A stretch of DNA of 64,000 nt from Eledone cirrhosa (GCA_964016885.1 OZ024760.1:19096001-19160000); one strand, 5' to 3'. Counted from the stretch's first letter, positions 31,862 to 46,509 are shown. The notes: generated by a model from the letters alone, not told the origin. Numbers and translations: made by a program.

Positions 31862-34410
31862 TTTGAGTCTCAGTCATTGATGTTAGTTAACTGGAAAGTG
31901 TGTTGAAATGAATATCAAGCCACTACCTGCAGCCTCAGATATTCAGGACGTATCGGAGGGTTCTTGCTGTTCCCAGCAAGCATGCCTTTTGAAGTATTCC
32001 AAAAAGTGGGGCGGGGCCAATTTTCTTTAACTATCCTTGGAAACTCTTTGGGATAGTACCTAGTGCGCCTATGACAATCGGGACCACTTTGACTTCATGG
32101 CAGTTCCAAATCCTTTTTACCTCCCACTTTAAGTCCTGGTATCGGTTAATTTTCTTCCTCTCCTTCTCTTGCACTCTCGTGTCGAATGGGCAGGCCACAT
32201 CTACAATCAGGCACGATCTTTTTTCCTTGTCCAAAACCACCAGGTCTATTGTGTTCCAGTTTCTTGTCCGTCTGTATCCTAAAATCCCATAGCACCTTCA
32301 CCTGATCGTTTTCTATCACCGACTCTGGCTTATGCTCATGCCACTTCTCAGAATGTGGTAAATTATTTACTTTGCATCGGTGCCAGTGGATCACCCTGCC
32401 CATCACATCGTCTCCAGCCTTTATAGTGAGTCTGGGTTCAGATACAATGTGAGCCACAGTCTCCTCTCTCTCTTCTCAGATCCTGCACAGTGGGCTAGCC
32501 TCCTCCTTGTAAATGTGGTGTTTCAGCCACTTCGTTTTGAGGGCCTGCTCCTGCGCAGCCATTAGCATTCCTTCTGTAGCCTTTTTAAGGTCTCCTCTTT
32601 TCAACCAGTTCGATGTCTGTGGATCTCTGAATTCCGTTTTCTCAAAGAAGGTACTATGAAAGGATTTTTCATGAATGCTTCTCTTTCTCCTTGTTGTTAT
32701 TTCCTCCTTGGACATCCCCTGGTCTATTGTCCTCTCCTTCAGTACAATTCTGAGCATTGGCTCCTTACTATCGGTCACGTATTTGTGTAGGTTGTTTTTC
32801 TCCATCTGAACACAGTCCTCTATGCTGATAAGGAGATCTGAAGGTGGAAGCAGTCTTAAGTAGTCGATCGACATCACTCCTCTTGTGGAACATGTTGTAG
32901 ATAGTCAATAGCTTCCTAGTCTTCCTATCCATTTATTTTTGTTCAGCAACATTCCTTCTCAGAATTCCCGCACTGTACCTAATAGTAGACACAGCTCGGG
33001 AATTTACTGCACTTATGGCATTCCTACTGTTCAGATGTGACTTTAATACGTTCCCTACTCTCAGAATGTATTCAGATCTTATCAATTCCTTCATTTTTTT
33101 TGTTCTTGATGTCATCAGCCTCCAGAATACCCAAATACTTGTATCCTACTTCAGTGTCAATTTCCTTTATCATCTCACCTGTTGGTACCTGGATTCCGTT
33201 GCTACTGCTTCATCACAAGGACTCCACACTTACTAATACCAAATTGCATACATATATCATTGCTGAAAATACGCACAGTGTCAAGAAGCACATCCAACTC
33301 CTTCTCACTCTTCCCGAAGAGCTTAAGATCGTCCATGAAGAGGAGGTGATTGATGGTAAGCTCTCCCTTTCCCAACTTGTATCCTGCTCTCACTTTTCGC
33401 AGTATAATGGTCAGGGGCATCAGGGCAAGGACAAACTATCTCCCTGGAAGATACCTCTCTTGATCTTCACGCCTCCCAAGGATTCTCCGGCTGATGTTAA
33501 CTCTGTTTTCCAAGACTTCATTATTTTGCTCAACAACTGTCTGATGTTATCTGCCACCTTGAAGATCTCTAGGCTTTTGGTGATCTAAGAATGAGGCACC
33601 ATGTCAAATGCCTTTTTGTAGTCTGTCCATTCCATGACAAGACCAGTGTGTCTCCTCTTGCAATTCCTCATTACCATCTTATCAATAAGTAACTGGTCCT
33701 TTGTACCATGGGACTTCTTTCGGCATCCTTTCTGTTCGTCCGGTAACAAGTTGTTTGTGTGGAGGTGATGGTAGATTTCCTCAGACACAATGCTTGTCAA
33801 GTTTCCACATTACGGACAGACATGTGATAGGTCTATAGTTGGTAACATCATTACCCTTGATTCGGTCTTTCATTACCAGAGCTGTGGTACCTTTTGTCAA
33901 CCACTCTGGTACCTCACCTGACATCAAGCAGTCATTGAACATGGTTGTCAGTTTCGGGTGGAGGGATGTTATATTTTTAATCCAATACCCCTGCACACCA
34001 TCTGGGCCTGGTGATTTCCAGTTGCTTAGTCATTGGCCTGCCCCTTAAGTTTCAACTGTGATTCTCAAATCAGTTTGTTGGTGTGCCTGTTCACTAATCT
34101 CCTTTTGTACTGTCTCAATCCACACTGTCTGGTCATTATGTTTAACATCCTGCTCCCATATTCCTCTCCAGAATGTCTTAGTTGTTCCGCCTCAGGGATC
34201 AAATCGTTGCCTCTTTCTCTCCCTTCAAGCTGTCCAAAGATCTTCTGGTTGTTGTCAAACATGCGGTTCTGTCTATACTGACTGACTCTGCTCTCGTATC
34301 GCCTAATTTTTGCACTCTTTGCTACAATGCGTTGCTTCAGTTCCTCTATGATAATATTTAGCTTTTTCCTCCTAGTTTTGTACTTTAGTGTCTGTTTTTT
34401 AGTGACCCAT
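31862..34410 (-). mobile_element. Decayed 5'-truncated R4/Dong-clade non-LTR retrotransposon (RT, Zn knuckle, RLE)
   Basis: Frameshifted ORFs with NYRPITCL, EQKGC..DQLLID, DYKKAFD, HLLFMDDLKL, LCRI..HIVS, IVDVACPFD..VPIVIGALG; 3' end abuts (ATT)n. Confidence 0.93.
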
Positions 34411-34414
34411 TCAG

Positions 34415-34603
34415 TAGGGTGGATTGGCAGTATCGGTAGAGGGTCGGACGCCATGCTTTCCAGCATAGTTACGTCCCTTTACGATCTGAGTTCAAATCCC
34501 GCCGAGGTTGACTTTGCCTTTCATCCTTACGGGGTCGATAAAATAAAGTACCAGTAATGCACTGGGTAATTGCTGGCCTTGTGCCTAAAGTAGAAACAAT
34601 TAT
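34415..34603 (+). mobile_element. Deu/Nin-like tRNA SINE at the 5' junction of the LINE
   Basis: Near-identical to 47511-47692; followed by (ATT)n. Confidence 0.9.
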
Positions 34604-34994
34604 TTATTATTATTGTCATTATCGTTATTATTACTATTATTATTATTGTTGTTGTTATTGTTATTGTTATTATTATTATTGTTATTATTATTATTATATT
34701 GTTTCTTGTGCTGGTAAAAGTGTCTTAGATTGATTGATTAGCTCTCTATAACCCCACGGCATAATTAACTGTGCTTGTGAAATTATGCATAATTTAATAC
34801 TAGCTAAAATATATTCAACTTGAAATACAAAAGTAACAACATAACAGAAAATATTAAAAAAACAGTGCAAAATAAAAATAAAAAACTTTATAAACTCCGA
34901 TGACAGATGCAGACATTATTGAAAATTTAATTAAGAAAATATATAAAAAATATATATGTAATTATATATAGGCATATATATATATATCAACATA

Positions 34995-35160
34995 TAGGTA
35001 CGGTATTCCGGGTTGAATCGGAGGTAACCACAGTAAGTAAGGTACTCAATACATTGCAGAGTATAAAAGTTTTAATATAGATGAGATTCTACAGGACTAG
35101 AACTGTTTCAGATGATTTCTAAAGAATGAAACAGTTCTAATTCTGTATATTAAAACTTCT
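34995..35160 (-). mobile_element. Fold-back element (family H) with a hammerhead 3' half in both arms
   Basis: Minus GAAA-CAG-TTCTAGTC-CTG-TA; plus GAAACAGTTCTAATTCTGTA; ACTCTGCAATGTATTGAGTAC motif. Confidence 0.65.
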
Positions 35161-35301
35161 ATATCAACATATATATATATATATATGTAGATATGTACTT
35201 ATGTATGTACTAATGTATGTATATATATTCATATACGTGTGTGTGTGTATGTATCTATATATAAACATCCACCCATATATGGATATATACTTATATATAT
35301 A

Positions 35302-35460
35302 TAGTAATAATAATAAATTTGACGACTAAAATCCAGAGGGCTCGATAAGGATAAATATATATCAAATATAAAAGAACCGTAGAGCAAATATTTATTAAAA
35401 TAACAGATTAAAGTTTAAGCAAAGAATCGCTACTTTCACCCTTAACGGGATCTTCAGAAG
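35302..35460 (-). mobile_element. Family F element with intact hammerhead core at 35412-35457
   Basis: Minus CTT-CTGAAGA-TCCC-GTTAA-GGGT-GAAA-GTAGCGATTCTTTGC-TT-AAACT. Confidence 0.72.
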
Positions 35461-35510
35461 ATATATATATATATAAATATAAATAAATTTATATATATAA
35501 ATATAAATAA

Positions 35511-35545
<35 letters not shown>

Positions 35546-35555
35546 TAAATAAATT

Positions 35556-35586
<31 letters not shown>

Positions 35587-36353
35587 TTATATATATATAT
35601 AAATAAATTTATATATATATATATATAAATAAATTTATATATATATATATATAAATAAATTTATATATATATATATATATAAATAAATTTATATATATAT
35701 ATATATAAATAAATTTATATATATATATATATAAATAAATTTATATATATATATATAAATAAATTTATATATATATATAAATAAATTTATATATATATAT
35801 AAATGAATTTATATATATATATAAATTTATATATATATAAATAAATTTATATATATATAAATAAATTTATATATATATATATAAATAAATTTATATATAT
35901 ATATATATAAATAAATTTATATATATATATATAAATAAATTTATATATATATATATATAAATAAATTTATATATATATATATAAATAAATTTATATATAT
36001 ATATAAATAAATTTATATATATATATATATAAATAAATTTATATATATATATATATAAATAAATTTATATATATATATATATAAATAAATTTATATATAT
36101 ATATATATAAATAAATTTATATATATATATATATAAACAAATTTATATATATATATATATATAAATAAATTTATATATATATATAAATAAATTTATATAT
36201 ATATATATATATATAAATAAATTTATATATATATATATATATATAAATAAATTTATATATATATATATATAAATAAATTTATATATATATATATATAAAT
36301 AAATTTATATATATATATATATAAATAAATTTATATATATATATAAATAAATT

Positions 36354-36384
<31 letters not shown>

Positions 36385-36415
36385 TTATATATATATATAT
36401 ATATATAAATAAATT

Positions 36416-36446
<31 letters not shown>

Positions 36447-36980
36447 TTATATATATATATATAAATAAATTTATATATATATATATATATAAATAAATTT
36501 ATATATATATATATATATAAATAAATTTATATATATATATATATATAAATAAATTTATATATATATATATATATAAATAAATTTATATATATATATATAT
36601 ATATAAATAAATTTATATATATATATAAATAAATTTATATATATATATATAAATAAATTTATATATATATATATATATATAAATTAATTTATATATATAT
36701 ATATATATATAAATAAATTTATATATATATATATATATATAAATAAATTTATATATATATATATATATATAAATAAATTTATATATATATATATATATAA
36801 ATAAATATATATATATATATATATAAATACATTTATATATATATATATATAAATAAATTTATATATATATATATATAAATAAATTTATATATATATATAT
36901 ATAAATAAATTTATATATATATATATATAAATAAATTTATATATATATATATATAAATAAATTTATATATATATATATAT
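35461..36980. repeat. (TA)n-AATAAATT compound satellite
   Basis: Direct reading. Confidence 0.97.
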
Positions 36981-36984
36981 GATG

Positions 36985-37450
36985 TGAAGTGGTGTGGTGG
37001 TGGTATGGTAATGGTGGTTGTGGTGGTATGGCAATGGTGATTGTAGTGGTGATGTGTGGTGGTGGTGGTGGTATGGTAATGATGGTGGTATGGTAATTGT
37101 GGTGTGGTGGTGTAGTGGTGGTGGTGGTGGTGTGGTGGTGATACGGTGATGGTGGCGTGGTGGTATCGTGGTAATGTGCTAGTGGTGAGGTGGTGGTGAT
37201 GAGGTGGTGGTGGTGAGGTCGTGATGTGGTGGTGGTGGTGACTATGCGGGTGATAGTGATGAATCTACTATTATTCAAAAATAATAATCTTAATAACAGT
37301 GGTATGTTGGTGCTGATGATGATCTTAATAAGTGATGGTGGTGATGGTGGTGGTGATCTTAATAACGGTGACGGTGTTGGTGCTGATGATGATCTTAATA
37401 ACAGTGATGGTGGTCGTATGATAACATTAATAATGATAACGATAAGATAA
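36985..37450. repeat. Degenerate (GGT)n/(GAT)n tract
   Basis: Direct reading. Confidence 0.9.
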
Positions 37451-37477
37451 TAAAAGAATAGGTATAAAAATAAATGT

Positions 37478-37950
37478 ATAAAAATAAAGATATAAAAATA
37501 AAGATATAAAAATAAAGATATAAAAATAAAGATATAAAAATAAAGATAAAAAAATAAAGATATAAAAATAGATATAAAAATAGATATAAAAATAAAGATA
37601 TAAAGATATAAAAATAAAGATATAAAAATAAAGATATAAAGATATAAAAATAAAGATATAAAAATAAAGATATAAAAATAAAGATATAAAAATAAAGATA
37701 TAAAGATATAAAAATAAAGATAGAAAAATAAAGATATAAAAATAAAGATCTAAAAATAAAGATATAAAGATATAAAGATATAAAAATAAAGATATAAATA
37801 TAAAGATATAAACATATAAAAATATAAAGATATAAAAATATAAAGATATTAAAATATTAAAATATTAAAATATTAAAATATAAAAATATTAAAATATAAA
37901 AATAAAGATATAAAAATATAAAAATAAAGATATAAAAATAAAAAATAAAA
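37478..37950. repeat. 13-bp (AAAATAAAGATAT)n satellite
   Basis: Direct reading. Confidence 0.93.
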
Positions 37951-38194
37951 TATATATATATATAGTTGGTATCATTATTTTTTGATAATACTCTCTTCAA
38001 TTACACCTGTCATTCCTTAATTTATACATCTCAATAGAAATACTTGATATGGTAGTCTTATGGATGACATCTGCTCTGCGGCTGTGAAACATCCTAATGG
38101 CGGCCATTGAATTACTCAGCAAATTTTCACGTGAAGTACGAAATATTATTTTAGAGTGTCGTTGAACCGCCTTTCAAAAATACCAGAGTTTTAT

Positions 38195-38225
<31 letters not shown>

Positions 38226-38783
38226 TAGATTTTTACTTTTTATGTTTGCGGGGTTTGCGGTTTGCTTTACTTTTAAGACATGTATGTACATCCATTGATC
38301 TGTATTGTAATGTATTAATCAAATATCAATAATAAAGTCAAGTCAAGTCAAGTTAAGACGAGAAGGAGGACATTTGTAACTATCCGTGGTATTAAATTTT
38401 TAAACAATCTTTTTCTTTTTTCATTTAAAAAAAAAAAAATGTTCTCAGCTTTTGTCATTTTTTTACTCTCTCTCTCTCTGAGACGAGCTGCACTCTGTCA
38501 AAAATTGTTCAAAAGGTTTGATAGACATACAGATGCAAATGTATTTGTATGTATGTATATGTGTTTGTGTGTATATATATATATGTGTGTGTGTGTGCGT
38601 GTGCGTGTTTGTATATGTTTGTATATGTACAGAGGGTGGTGAGATAATATATACATAAAATTATCTTGTTTACTTTTTAAACATTTTTTCAATAGTTATT
38701 GATTTGTTCGTTAAAAGAATATAGAATATATGGATCTGTACCCAACCTGATATATGAATTCATATATACATACACAAGCAGTC

Positions 38784-38814
<31 letters not shown>

Positions 38815-38821
<7 letters not shown>

Positions 38822-38957
38822 ATTGTTACATATATATTGAATACACAAGAATCAAAGTTATGTTTAAAACATATATATATATATATATATATATGTATCG
38901 ATACATATATATATACATATATGCACACCCATTATTACTATATCTCCACCATCTTAT

Positions 38958-38993
<36 letters not shown>

Positions 38994-39123
38994 ATTGTTA
39001 CATATATATTGAATACACAAGAATCAAAGTTATGTTTAAAACATATATATATATATATATCGATACATATATATATATATACATATATGCACACCCATTA
39101 TTACTATATCTCCACCATCTTAT

Positions 39124-39170
<47 letters not shown>
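38815..39170. repeat. ~170-bp tandem duplication bounded by TA tracts
   Basis: GTGTATTGTTACATATATATTGAATACACAAGAATC..CTCCACCATCTTATTAC occurs twice. Confidence 0.92.
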
Positions 39171-39173
<3 letters not shown>

Positions 39174-39224
39174 GATGAAATCATTTCAGACTTTCCTTGA
39201 ACGTAATATCGAGTTTCTTAAACA

Positions 39225-39690
39225 TTGAGTTCAGTTCAGTTATACAGTTACCTTTAATGATCTGTCAAATTGAAACAAAGATTATGCGTTCGCATCACAT
39301 ATGTGACTCGTTTAATTGAGCCAAATCTGGTTGAACTCGGAGCAACAGTAATATTTAATTATCAGATGTGTCTGTCAAATTGAAACAAAAATCATGGGTT
39401 CTAATCACATATGTGACACGTTATATAACCGAGCCAGGTCTGGTTGAATTCAGTTCAGTTCGACAGTAATTTTTAATAAGCTGTTTGTCAAATTGAATCA
39501 AAGATCATGGGTTCGTATCAAGTATGTGATTCGTTAGATAACTGAGCCAAGTTTGATTCAGTTCAGTTCGACAGTAATTTTTAATGATCAATTGTCTATC
39601 AAATTGAAACAAAGATCATGGGTTCTAATCACATATGTGACTCGTTAGATAACTGAACCTGGTCTGGTTGAATTCAGTTCAGATTTGCAA
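39225..39690. repeat. ~111-bp tandem repeat, 4 units
   Basis: TCAAATTGAA near 39265, 39375, 39488, 39599. Confidence 0.88.
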
Positions 39691-39779
39691 ATTACTTTAG
39701 TCATTTTTGCTACTAACGATATGAAAATATAAGAAAATCAAATCAATTTTAGAGTATGTTGTGACATTTTTATAACATA

Positions 39780-40457
39780 CTAGCAGTAAAGCCCGGCGTT
39801 GCTCGGGATCGCTCAGTAGCTGTGTTAAAGTTACAATGTTAAGTTTCTTTTTTGGCTTAAAGTCTGTCTGCACGACTGTCTGTCTGCACGACTGTCTGTC
39901 TGCACGCCTAACGAAATTTACAGATACATATATTTAAAATAAACTTATATAATTTTTGCTTTTTTTTTACGAAATATTTGCTTGTTTTACGTAGTCTTTA
40001 AATAGACTTGTTTTCAAGTAAAAATATTGTTTTAAAAGGCTTTTAAATGGAAATGAAGCAAAACGGAAGCTTAGTGTTCGAACTGATGAATTTTGCAGGT
40101 CAAAATTTTGCTGGCTCGACAACTGTTCGTGTATTGTGTTAATGTCATTTTAAACGCTGAGAAAGCCAGCGTAATTTCTTTTAATTTTTGCACGCAGAAA
40201 ATGTAAACAGAACGTAAGACGCTCAATGTAAACAGAACAAAGGGAAATAACTCGTCACTTACGCTCAAAAATCGATACATTAGATTCGATTTCGTCACAT
40301 AGGGTGGGTCAATTTGAAATATTTTTTTCCCGATGTCTTCGCTAGGGCTCAATGTACAAATATAGCAATTTCGGTGCAATTCCGTCAGAGATTCTAAGAG
40401 GAGATGTGTGCCAAAAATCGATAGACAGACAGACAACCACAGCTTTATATATATAGA
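39780..40457 (-). mobile_element. Non-autonomous Helitron
   Basis: Minus strand starts TC(TATATATATAAAG), ends with GC hairpin CCCGAGCAACGCCGGG then CTAG, inserted between A and T; (CTGT)n near the 5' end. Confidence 0.82.
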
Positions 40458-40802
40458 TTAATTAATTTTGCCAAAAGTAGAAACAATTAATTTATTATTC
40501 TGTACATATTTAACATAAAATCACGTGGTCTACACACACTCTCACTCACTCTCGCTCACACCCACACCCGTTCATTATTATACATACATACATACATACA
40601 CACACACATAGATTACCAAAGAAATTCGGATAGCAAGTAAAAGAACTTGCGTAAAGATCGTAAAATTCCGATTATTTCCAAATCGTATACATACATAGAT
40701 AGATACACACATATATGCACACGCACACGCACACGCACACGCACACGCACACGCACACGCACACACACTTATTTATAAACATATTGCGGCAAGCATATAT
40801 AT

Positions 40803-40909
<107 letters not shown>

Positions 40910-41169
40910 GTGAGAGATAATTGGTAATATTACATTTAGTCACATTCCTTCTTGCAGAGAGACCAAAATATTTCTTTCTTTTAGAGTAAATCAAATAATG
41001 AGGAATGTAAAACAAAACCAAATAAAATAATATAAAATAAAATGGATACTATTGGAATCGAAGAAGTGCAGGCATCGGCTTTATGAAGAATTGATTTAAT
41101 GTTTAACAATTACAAACCAATTATAATGGCACCATAACAACATAAATGAATGTTGATAATTATCTAAGA

Positions 41170-41580
41170 CTAATTGGTTTCTGATTTAGGCACAAAGACC
41201 GCAATTTTGGGGAAGAGAGGAAAGTTGATGAAATCAACCCGTGTGTGTTACTGGTACTTTATTTTATCGACCACGTAAGGATGAAAGGCAAAGTTAACCT
41301 CGGCAGGATTTGAATTCAGATCGTAAAGCGGCGTAAGCCTACGTCATAAAACATGTTGTCCGATGCTCTGACGATTCTATTGCCAATAAAACTCCCTCAC
41401 TTGACTAATATTGGTTTTCTGACTTAAGCAAAAGGCCAACAATTTTTTAGGGAGGGGAAAGTTGATTAAATCGACCCCAGTGTGTTACTTGTACTTTATT
41501 TTATCGACCACGTAAGGATGAAAGACAAAGCTAAGCTCGGCAGGATGTGGGCCTAGATTGTAAAGGGGCATAATCCTATG
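41170..41580 (-). mobile_element. Two tandem degenerate Deu/Nin-like SINEs
   Basis: GTACTTTATTTTATCGACCACGTAAGGATGAAAG occurs twice. Confidence 0.8.
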
Positions 41581-41582
41581 TC

Positions 41583-41770
41583 AGAGGTTGTGAATCCGAT
41601 TACAGGGCCGGGTGATGTGCTATATTCCTAAGCAAGACACTATATTTTACGTTGCTTCTTCTGTCAGGAATTTTGACCGGTTGCGGTAGATAATATTAGC
41701 AATTGGAGAGACAAATGGACACATTGTTTCTTTAGATTGATCTGACGAGTTGCTCCTCTTACTTGGTAAG
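41583..41770 (+). mobile_element. Degenerate second-family SINE
   Basis: GCAAGACACT..TATTAGCAATTGGA, homologous to 3388-3605. Confidence 0.7.
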
Positions 41771-42828
41771 CGAATAAAGTTTGAGATCTTGTCGATTCGG
41801 ATCAATCAAGAACAATTATGGGAAACGTTTGATGAAATCTGTCAAAGAAATCGAAGCAGTTTAAAAATCGGAAGCGTCGTTAGGACGGCAAATAGAATCC
41901 TATGTGGTCTTCATTTCGGAGTCGTTAGGATATCAGATCAAATCCTGTGTGGTCGTCATTTTGGAGTCGTTAGGACGTGAGATCGAATCCTGTGTGATAT
42001 ACGCGCAATTTAGATATATGCATAACTTAACTGCAGATATATGCGTAACTTAGCCCCCACTATTTACACATATACACACACACATACATTTGTATACACA
42101 TATATACACTACACATGGAATAGCAGTACTAGGCAATGTATACACATTTATAAACAAGTGAATAGACAAAATTCCAAAGAAATACACATTACCCCAACAG
42201 ACAATACAGACCTGTCATCTTCAGAACACACACAAACAAATAAGATCAGAAGACATGATGATGATGATGGTGATCTCTACTTTAGAGAAAATCGATTATA
42301 TTGACCCCCCAATAATTAATTGGTACTTTTTTATCGACCTATGAAGAGGGGGATTTAAACTCAAAAGATAAAACGTTGGTAAAAATAGTGCTACGCATTT
42401 TTTCTGGTGCTTTAAAGACTATACCAATCCTCAGCGCCACTTCCCCTCATGATGGTGATGGTGATGATGATGATGATAATGATGATAATGCTAATAATAA
42501 TGATGATGATGATAAATTTGTAATTTGAATTCAGTTCCTTCGAGAGGAATAAAGTAAAATGTTAAATACTTAAATCTCTTGGACGGCTTAGAATATAATC
42601 TAAAATCCATATTTTACCGTCATCTTTAATGTCTTTCAAAGAAATATGTGTTATCTTCCGTGTATATATATATATATATATATACATACATATACTGACA
42701 TATGTATGTGTAACGAGAGAAAAGGAAATGTGCGTTATCTTCCGTATATACATATCTATTTATCTACATACATACTGACATGTATGTATATATGTAGTGG
42801 GGGGTAAAAAGGAAATCTGTTATCTTCC

Positions 42829-42873
<45 letters not shown>

Positions 42874-43027
42874 TAAATATATAGGGAGAGCGTCATATTG
42901 TTATAATGTTGCCAGAAGTAATAGAACAGTTTTGTTTGTATGTGTGTATACACATACATACTGACACTCATACACTCTCTCTCTCTGTCTTTCTCTCTAT
43001 GTCTATCTGTCCCTCACACACATATAT

Positions 43028-43355
43028 GTATATACAGTATATATGTGTATGTATGTATGTATGTATGTATGTATGTATGTACATATATATGTACATACAT
43101 ACACACACACGGAGAGAGTGGGAGAGAGTAATGTGAGAACTAGGAAGTTAGACAGTATATAAAAGTTATCTGCAGTGTGTTATAGTGTATATGTATATAC
43201 AGTATATATGTGTATGTATGTATGTATGTATGTATGTATGTACATACATACATACACACACACGGAGAGAGTGGGAGAGAGTAATGTGAGAACTAGGAAG
43301 TTAGACAGTATATAAAAGTTATCTGCAGTGTGTTATAGTGTATATATATATACAG

Positions 43356-43394
<39 letters not shown>

Positions 43395-43500
43395 CTATGT
43401 ATATATATGCAGGAAGATAGAGAGAGAGAGACTAAGCAATTTGTAAGAACAGGGAAGTTAGACAGTATAAGTTATCTGTAGTATGTTATAGCATATAGTC
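43028..43500. repeat. ~170-bp tandem duplication plus a diverged third copy
   Basis: GGAGAGAGTGGGAGAGAGTAATGTGAGAACTAGGAAGTTAGACAG occurs twice. Confidence 0.88.
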
Positions 43501-45525
43501 GAAATAAGTACTCTAAATATATTGGGACACCAATGTAAACATGTATCACTATTATTGCACTAAAATAGTTCCATATCTGAAGTAGTTTCTTCTATATTTA
43601 TCTTACTTCCCTAAACTTCATCATGGCTGACTTTGGCTCTGCTCTGTTCTTGGAACATGTCTCTCCAAGAAGCCAGGCTAGACGAGATGCTTTGTGGATG
43701 ACATTTGGGTGAATTGCACAGCCTAGTTGATGAGCTGTTAGGCTTGATTACTGGATCGATTGGTACATTGTTTTCTTGAGCAAGACTCTTCGTTTTTCTT
43801 TTCTTTACATGAAACATGGAGTTATTAAAATATTCGTGAAGCCTGTATTCAGAGATTCAGGCTCGAAAGCTGTTAGCTAAACATGCATATGAGTAAGCTG
43901 TAAGAACAACGTGTTAGGATTGGGGTCTTTATCTTTAAAACACCCGAGAGAGCTTGTGTGAGATTCAGCCTCGCAGGAGGCCAGCTAAACCTGCTTCGGC
44001 ATTAGCTGTCAATTCCATTTCAGATTTTTATGGGTGTGCACTAAAAGGTTGTTCTCAAAGAAATTAACGTCCAGTGGGAGGAGGCCGTTGCTGATCATCA
44101 GTCACGCATGCATGCAAAATTTTCCATCTGCACGTAACCGATGGTGTCAAGGTAACAGGTAAAACCCAACACAACGTCTCTGGTGATACCACAAACGACC
44201 TGAGAACGTAAAATATTGAAAGATATACCGGAAGCCATTAGCACCAACGAATTAACATCCGCTTATTAACATAATTATGATTCATATTTATTGATTTATC
44301 AGGTATTCAATATTAATAATTTAGTTTAACGCGATGTCAAGATATCGAATGTATCAAATGTAGCCTTTTATTTTAAAGAAGGTAGAGTATCATTTGAGAT
44401 GCTTTGGTTGTGGTTCTGCTCGACCAAGCGTGACCGGTGGATAAACAACAATAGCGACCACAGCAACAGTAACAACAACAACAACAATAGCGACCACAGC
44501 AACAGTAACAACAACAACAACAATAGCAACCACAGGAAGAGTTACAAGAACAGTTACAAGAACAAACCAATGTATAATTTAGTGGCAGCTATATAAATAT
44601 TGACCTAATTCGTTATTGACCAAGTTGCGGAGTTCCCGAGGATGATGGCGGTTGTTGAAAAGAGACTAAAATAAACGCCAATATAATCCAGCAAAATGTG
44701 TCGTGTAGTTAACCTATTGGGAAAATAACAAAGATAGATCACTCCCCAAAGGAAAACATTAATGGAATTCATTTAATTTTAATAACAATTGCTACAATAC
44801 ATTTACAAGTATGATTCATACTAAAACACTTGGTACTCTTGAACAAGCAATCAATAATCATTTTGTACTTGGTGCCAGTTAAAGGTGGGCCAAAGGACAT
44901 TTTAATGAAGATATATTGTATTGAAAAATCCGTAATAGAGTTAAAGATAATGTTTAAGCATTCTACTGATATATATATCTGTCGAGTTTCATCACATTGA
45001 TATAATTCGCCTGGTCAAATGTCTTTCGTTGAAGCAATTCAATGTGATTTATGTTTATCGCATACAATCTAACGAAATAATACATCAAGATATATTATAT
45101 TTGTCAGCCAAGCAGAGATAACACCGATTTGCTCCATTTATGATGCAAATCACTGTCAAATGTGCGCAGCGAATGAATATATTGTATGACAATCAGCCAT
45201 TGTACATTAATGCTTTTCACTACACAATATTCCATCAACCCTCGTACGCACCTGGGAAACATTTCTGTTTCCTGGTCACTATTGGTCTTCAATTGGTCAT
45301 CGATTGGTAATCGATTCGAGGTTAATGGAACGGTATATAGTTATAGCCCCATAAGTCTTTTCTTTCTGATGCCTCGCTTCCCTGTTCAGATATAACATTA
45401 GTGATATGAAATCAATTGACTTATTTAAACGTCTGTAATTATATACAGCTTCTTAATTTTTGTATATAGGAAATCATCGTTTAGCATTTTTATCGTTTAT
45501 TATCGTTTATATTTTAATCGTTTTC

Positions 45526-46027
45526 GGTGGGTTGGCAGTCTCGGTAGAGGGTCGGACGCCATGATAGGGTGGTGGGTTGGCAGTCTCGGTAGAGGGTCGG
45601 ACGCCATGATACGGTGGTGGGTTGGCAGTCTCGGTAGAGGGTCGGTCGCCATGATAGGGTGGTGGGTTGGCAGTCTCGGTAGAGGGTCGGACGCCATGAT
45701 AGGGTGGTGGATTGGCAGTCTCGGTAGAGGGTCGGACGCCATGATAGGGTGGTGGATTGGCAGTCTCGGTAGAGGGTCGGACGCCATGATAGGGTGGTGG
45801 ATTGGCAGTCTCGGTAGAGGGTCGGACGCCATGATAGGGTGGTGGATTGGCAGTCTCGGTAGAGGGTCGGACGCCATGCTTTGCAGCATAGTTACGGTCC
45901 TTTATGATCTGAGTTCAAATCCCGCCGAGGTTAACTTTGCCTTTCATCCTTACGGGGTCTATAACATAAAGTACCAGTAATACACTGGGGTTATTGCTGA
46001 CCTTGTGGAAAAAGTAGAAACAATTAT
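45526..46027 (+). mobile_element. Deu/Nin-like SINE whose 45-bp head is present 8 times in tandem
   Basis: GGTGG(G/A)TTGGCAGTCTCGGTAGAGGGTCGGACGCCATG x8, then a normal body. Confidence 0.92.
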
Positions 46028-46250
46028 GTCCAGCCTGTGTATAGATATGTAACTAGTGCGGGGTGTTTTCGACATGCAATACTCAGAAATCATTAATGCC
46101 AAAGGTGGTGAACATCCTTCGGAATTCCATTCCATTAATTAAAGGAATCGCCTTATGAGAATTCCAATATATATCAAACATAATGAACCTGCAGCAATTA
46201 TATTCTTTTCATAGGTTTCACTATATTAGTAATCAGTTTATACTAATTAG

Positions 46251-46462
46251 AGAAGGCGTGTGGCTGAGTAGTTAGAGAATTGGATTCACAATATTGAGGT
46301 TGTAAGTTCGATTTCTGGACCGGGCGGTGCGTTATGTTCTTGAGCAACGTCGCTCCGTCTGCCTGGAGTTGCGACCGATAGATAGTATTAGCAACTGGAA
46401 GGACCAACGGAAACATTGTTTCCTCGGTCCGATTTGACGAAAGTAGATCGATCCTTTTATAC
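46251..46462 (+). mobile_element. Second-family tRNA SINE
   Basis: Homologous to the reverse complement of 3388-3605. Confidence 0.85.
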
Positions 46463-46509
46463 TAATTAACAACGGTACTGTAATATCATTATCGTCACAT
46501 CATTTTTGG

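Noticed and set aside
43623-43712. Plus-strand peptide MADFGSALF resembling a kinase DFG motif
   Set aside because: Stops after 29 aa with no HRD/APE context or clear splice sites
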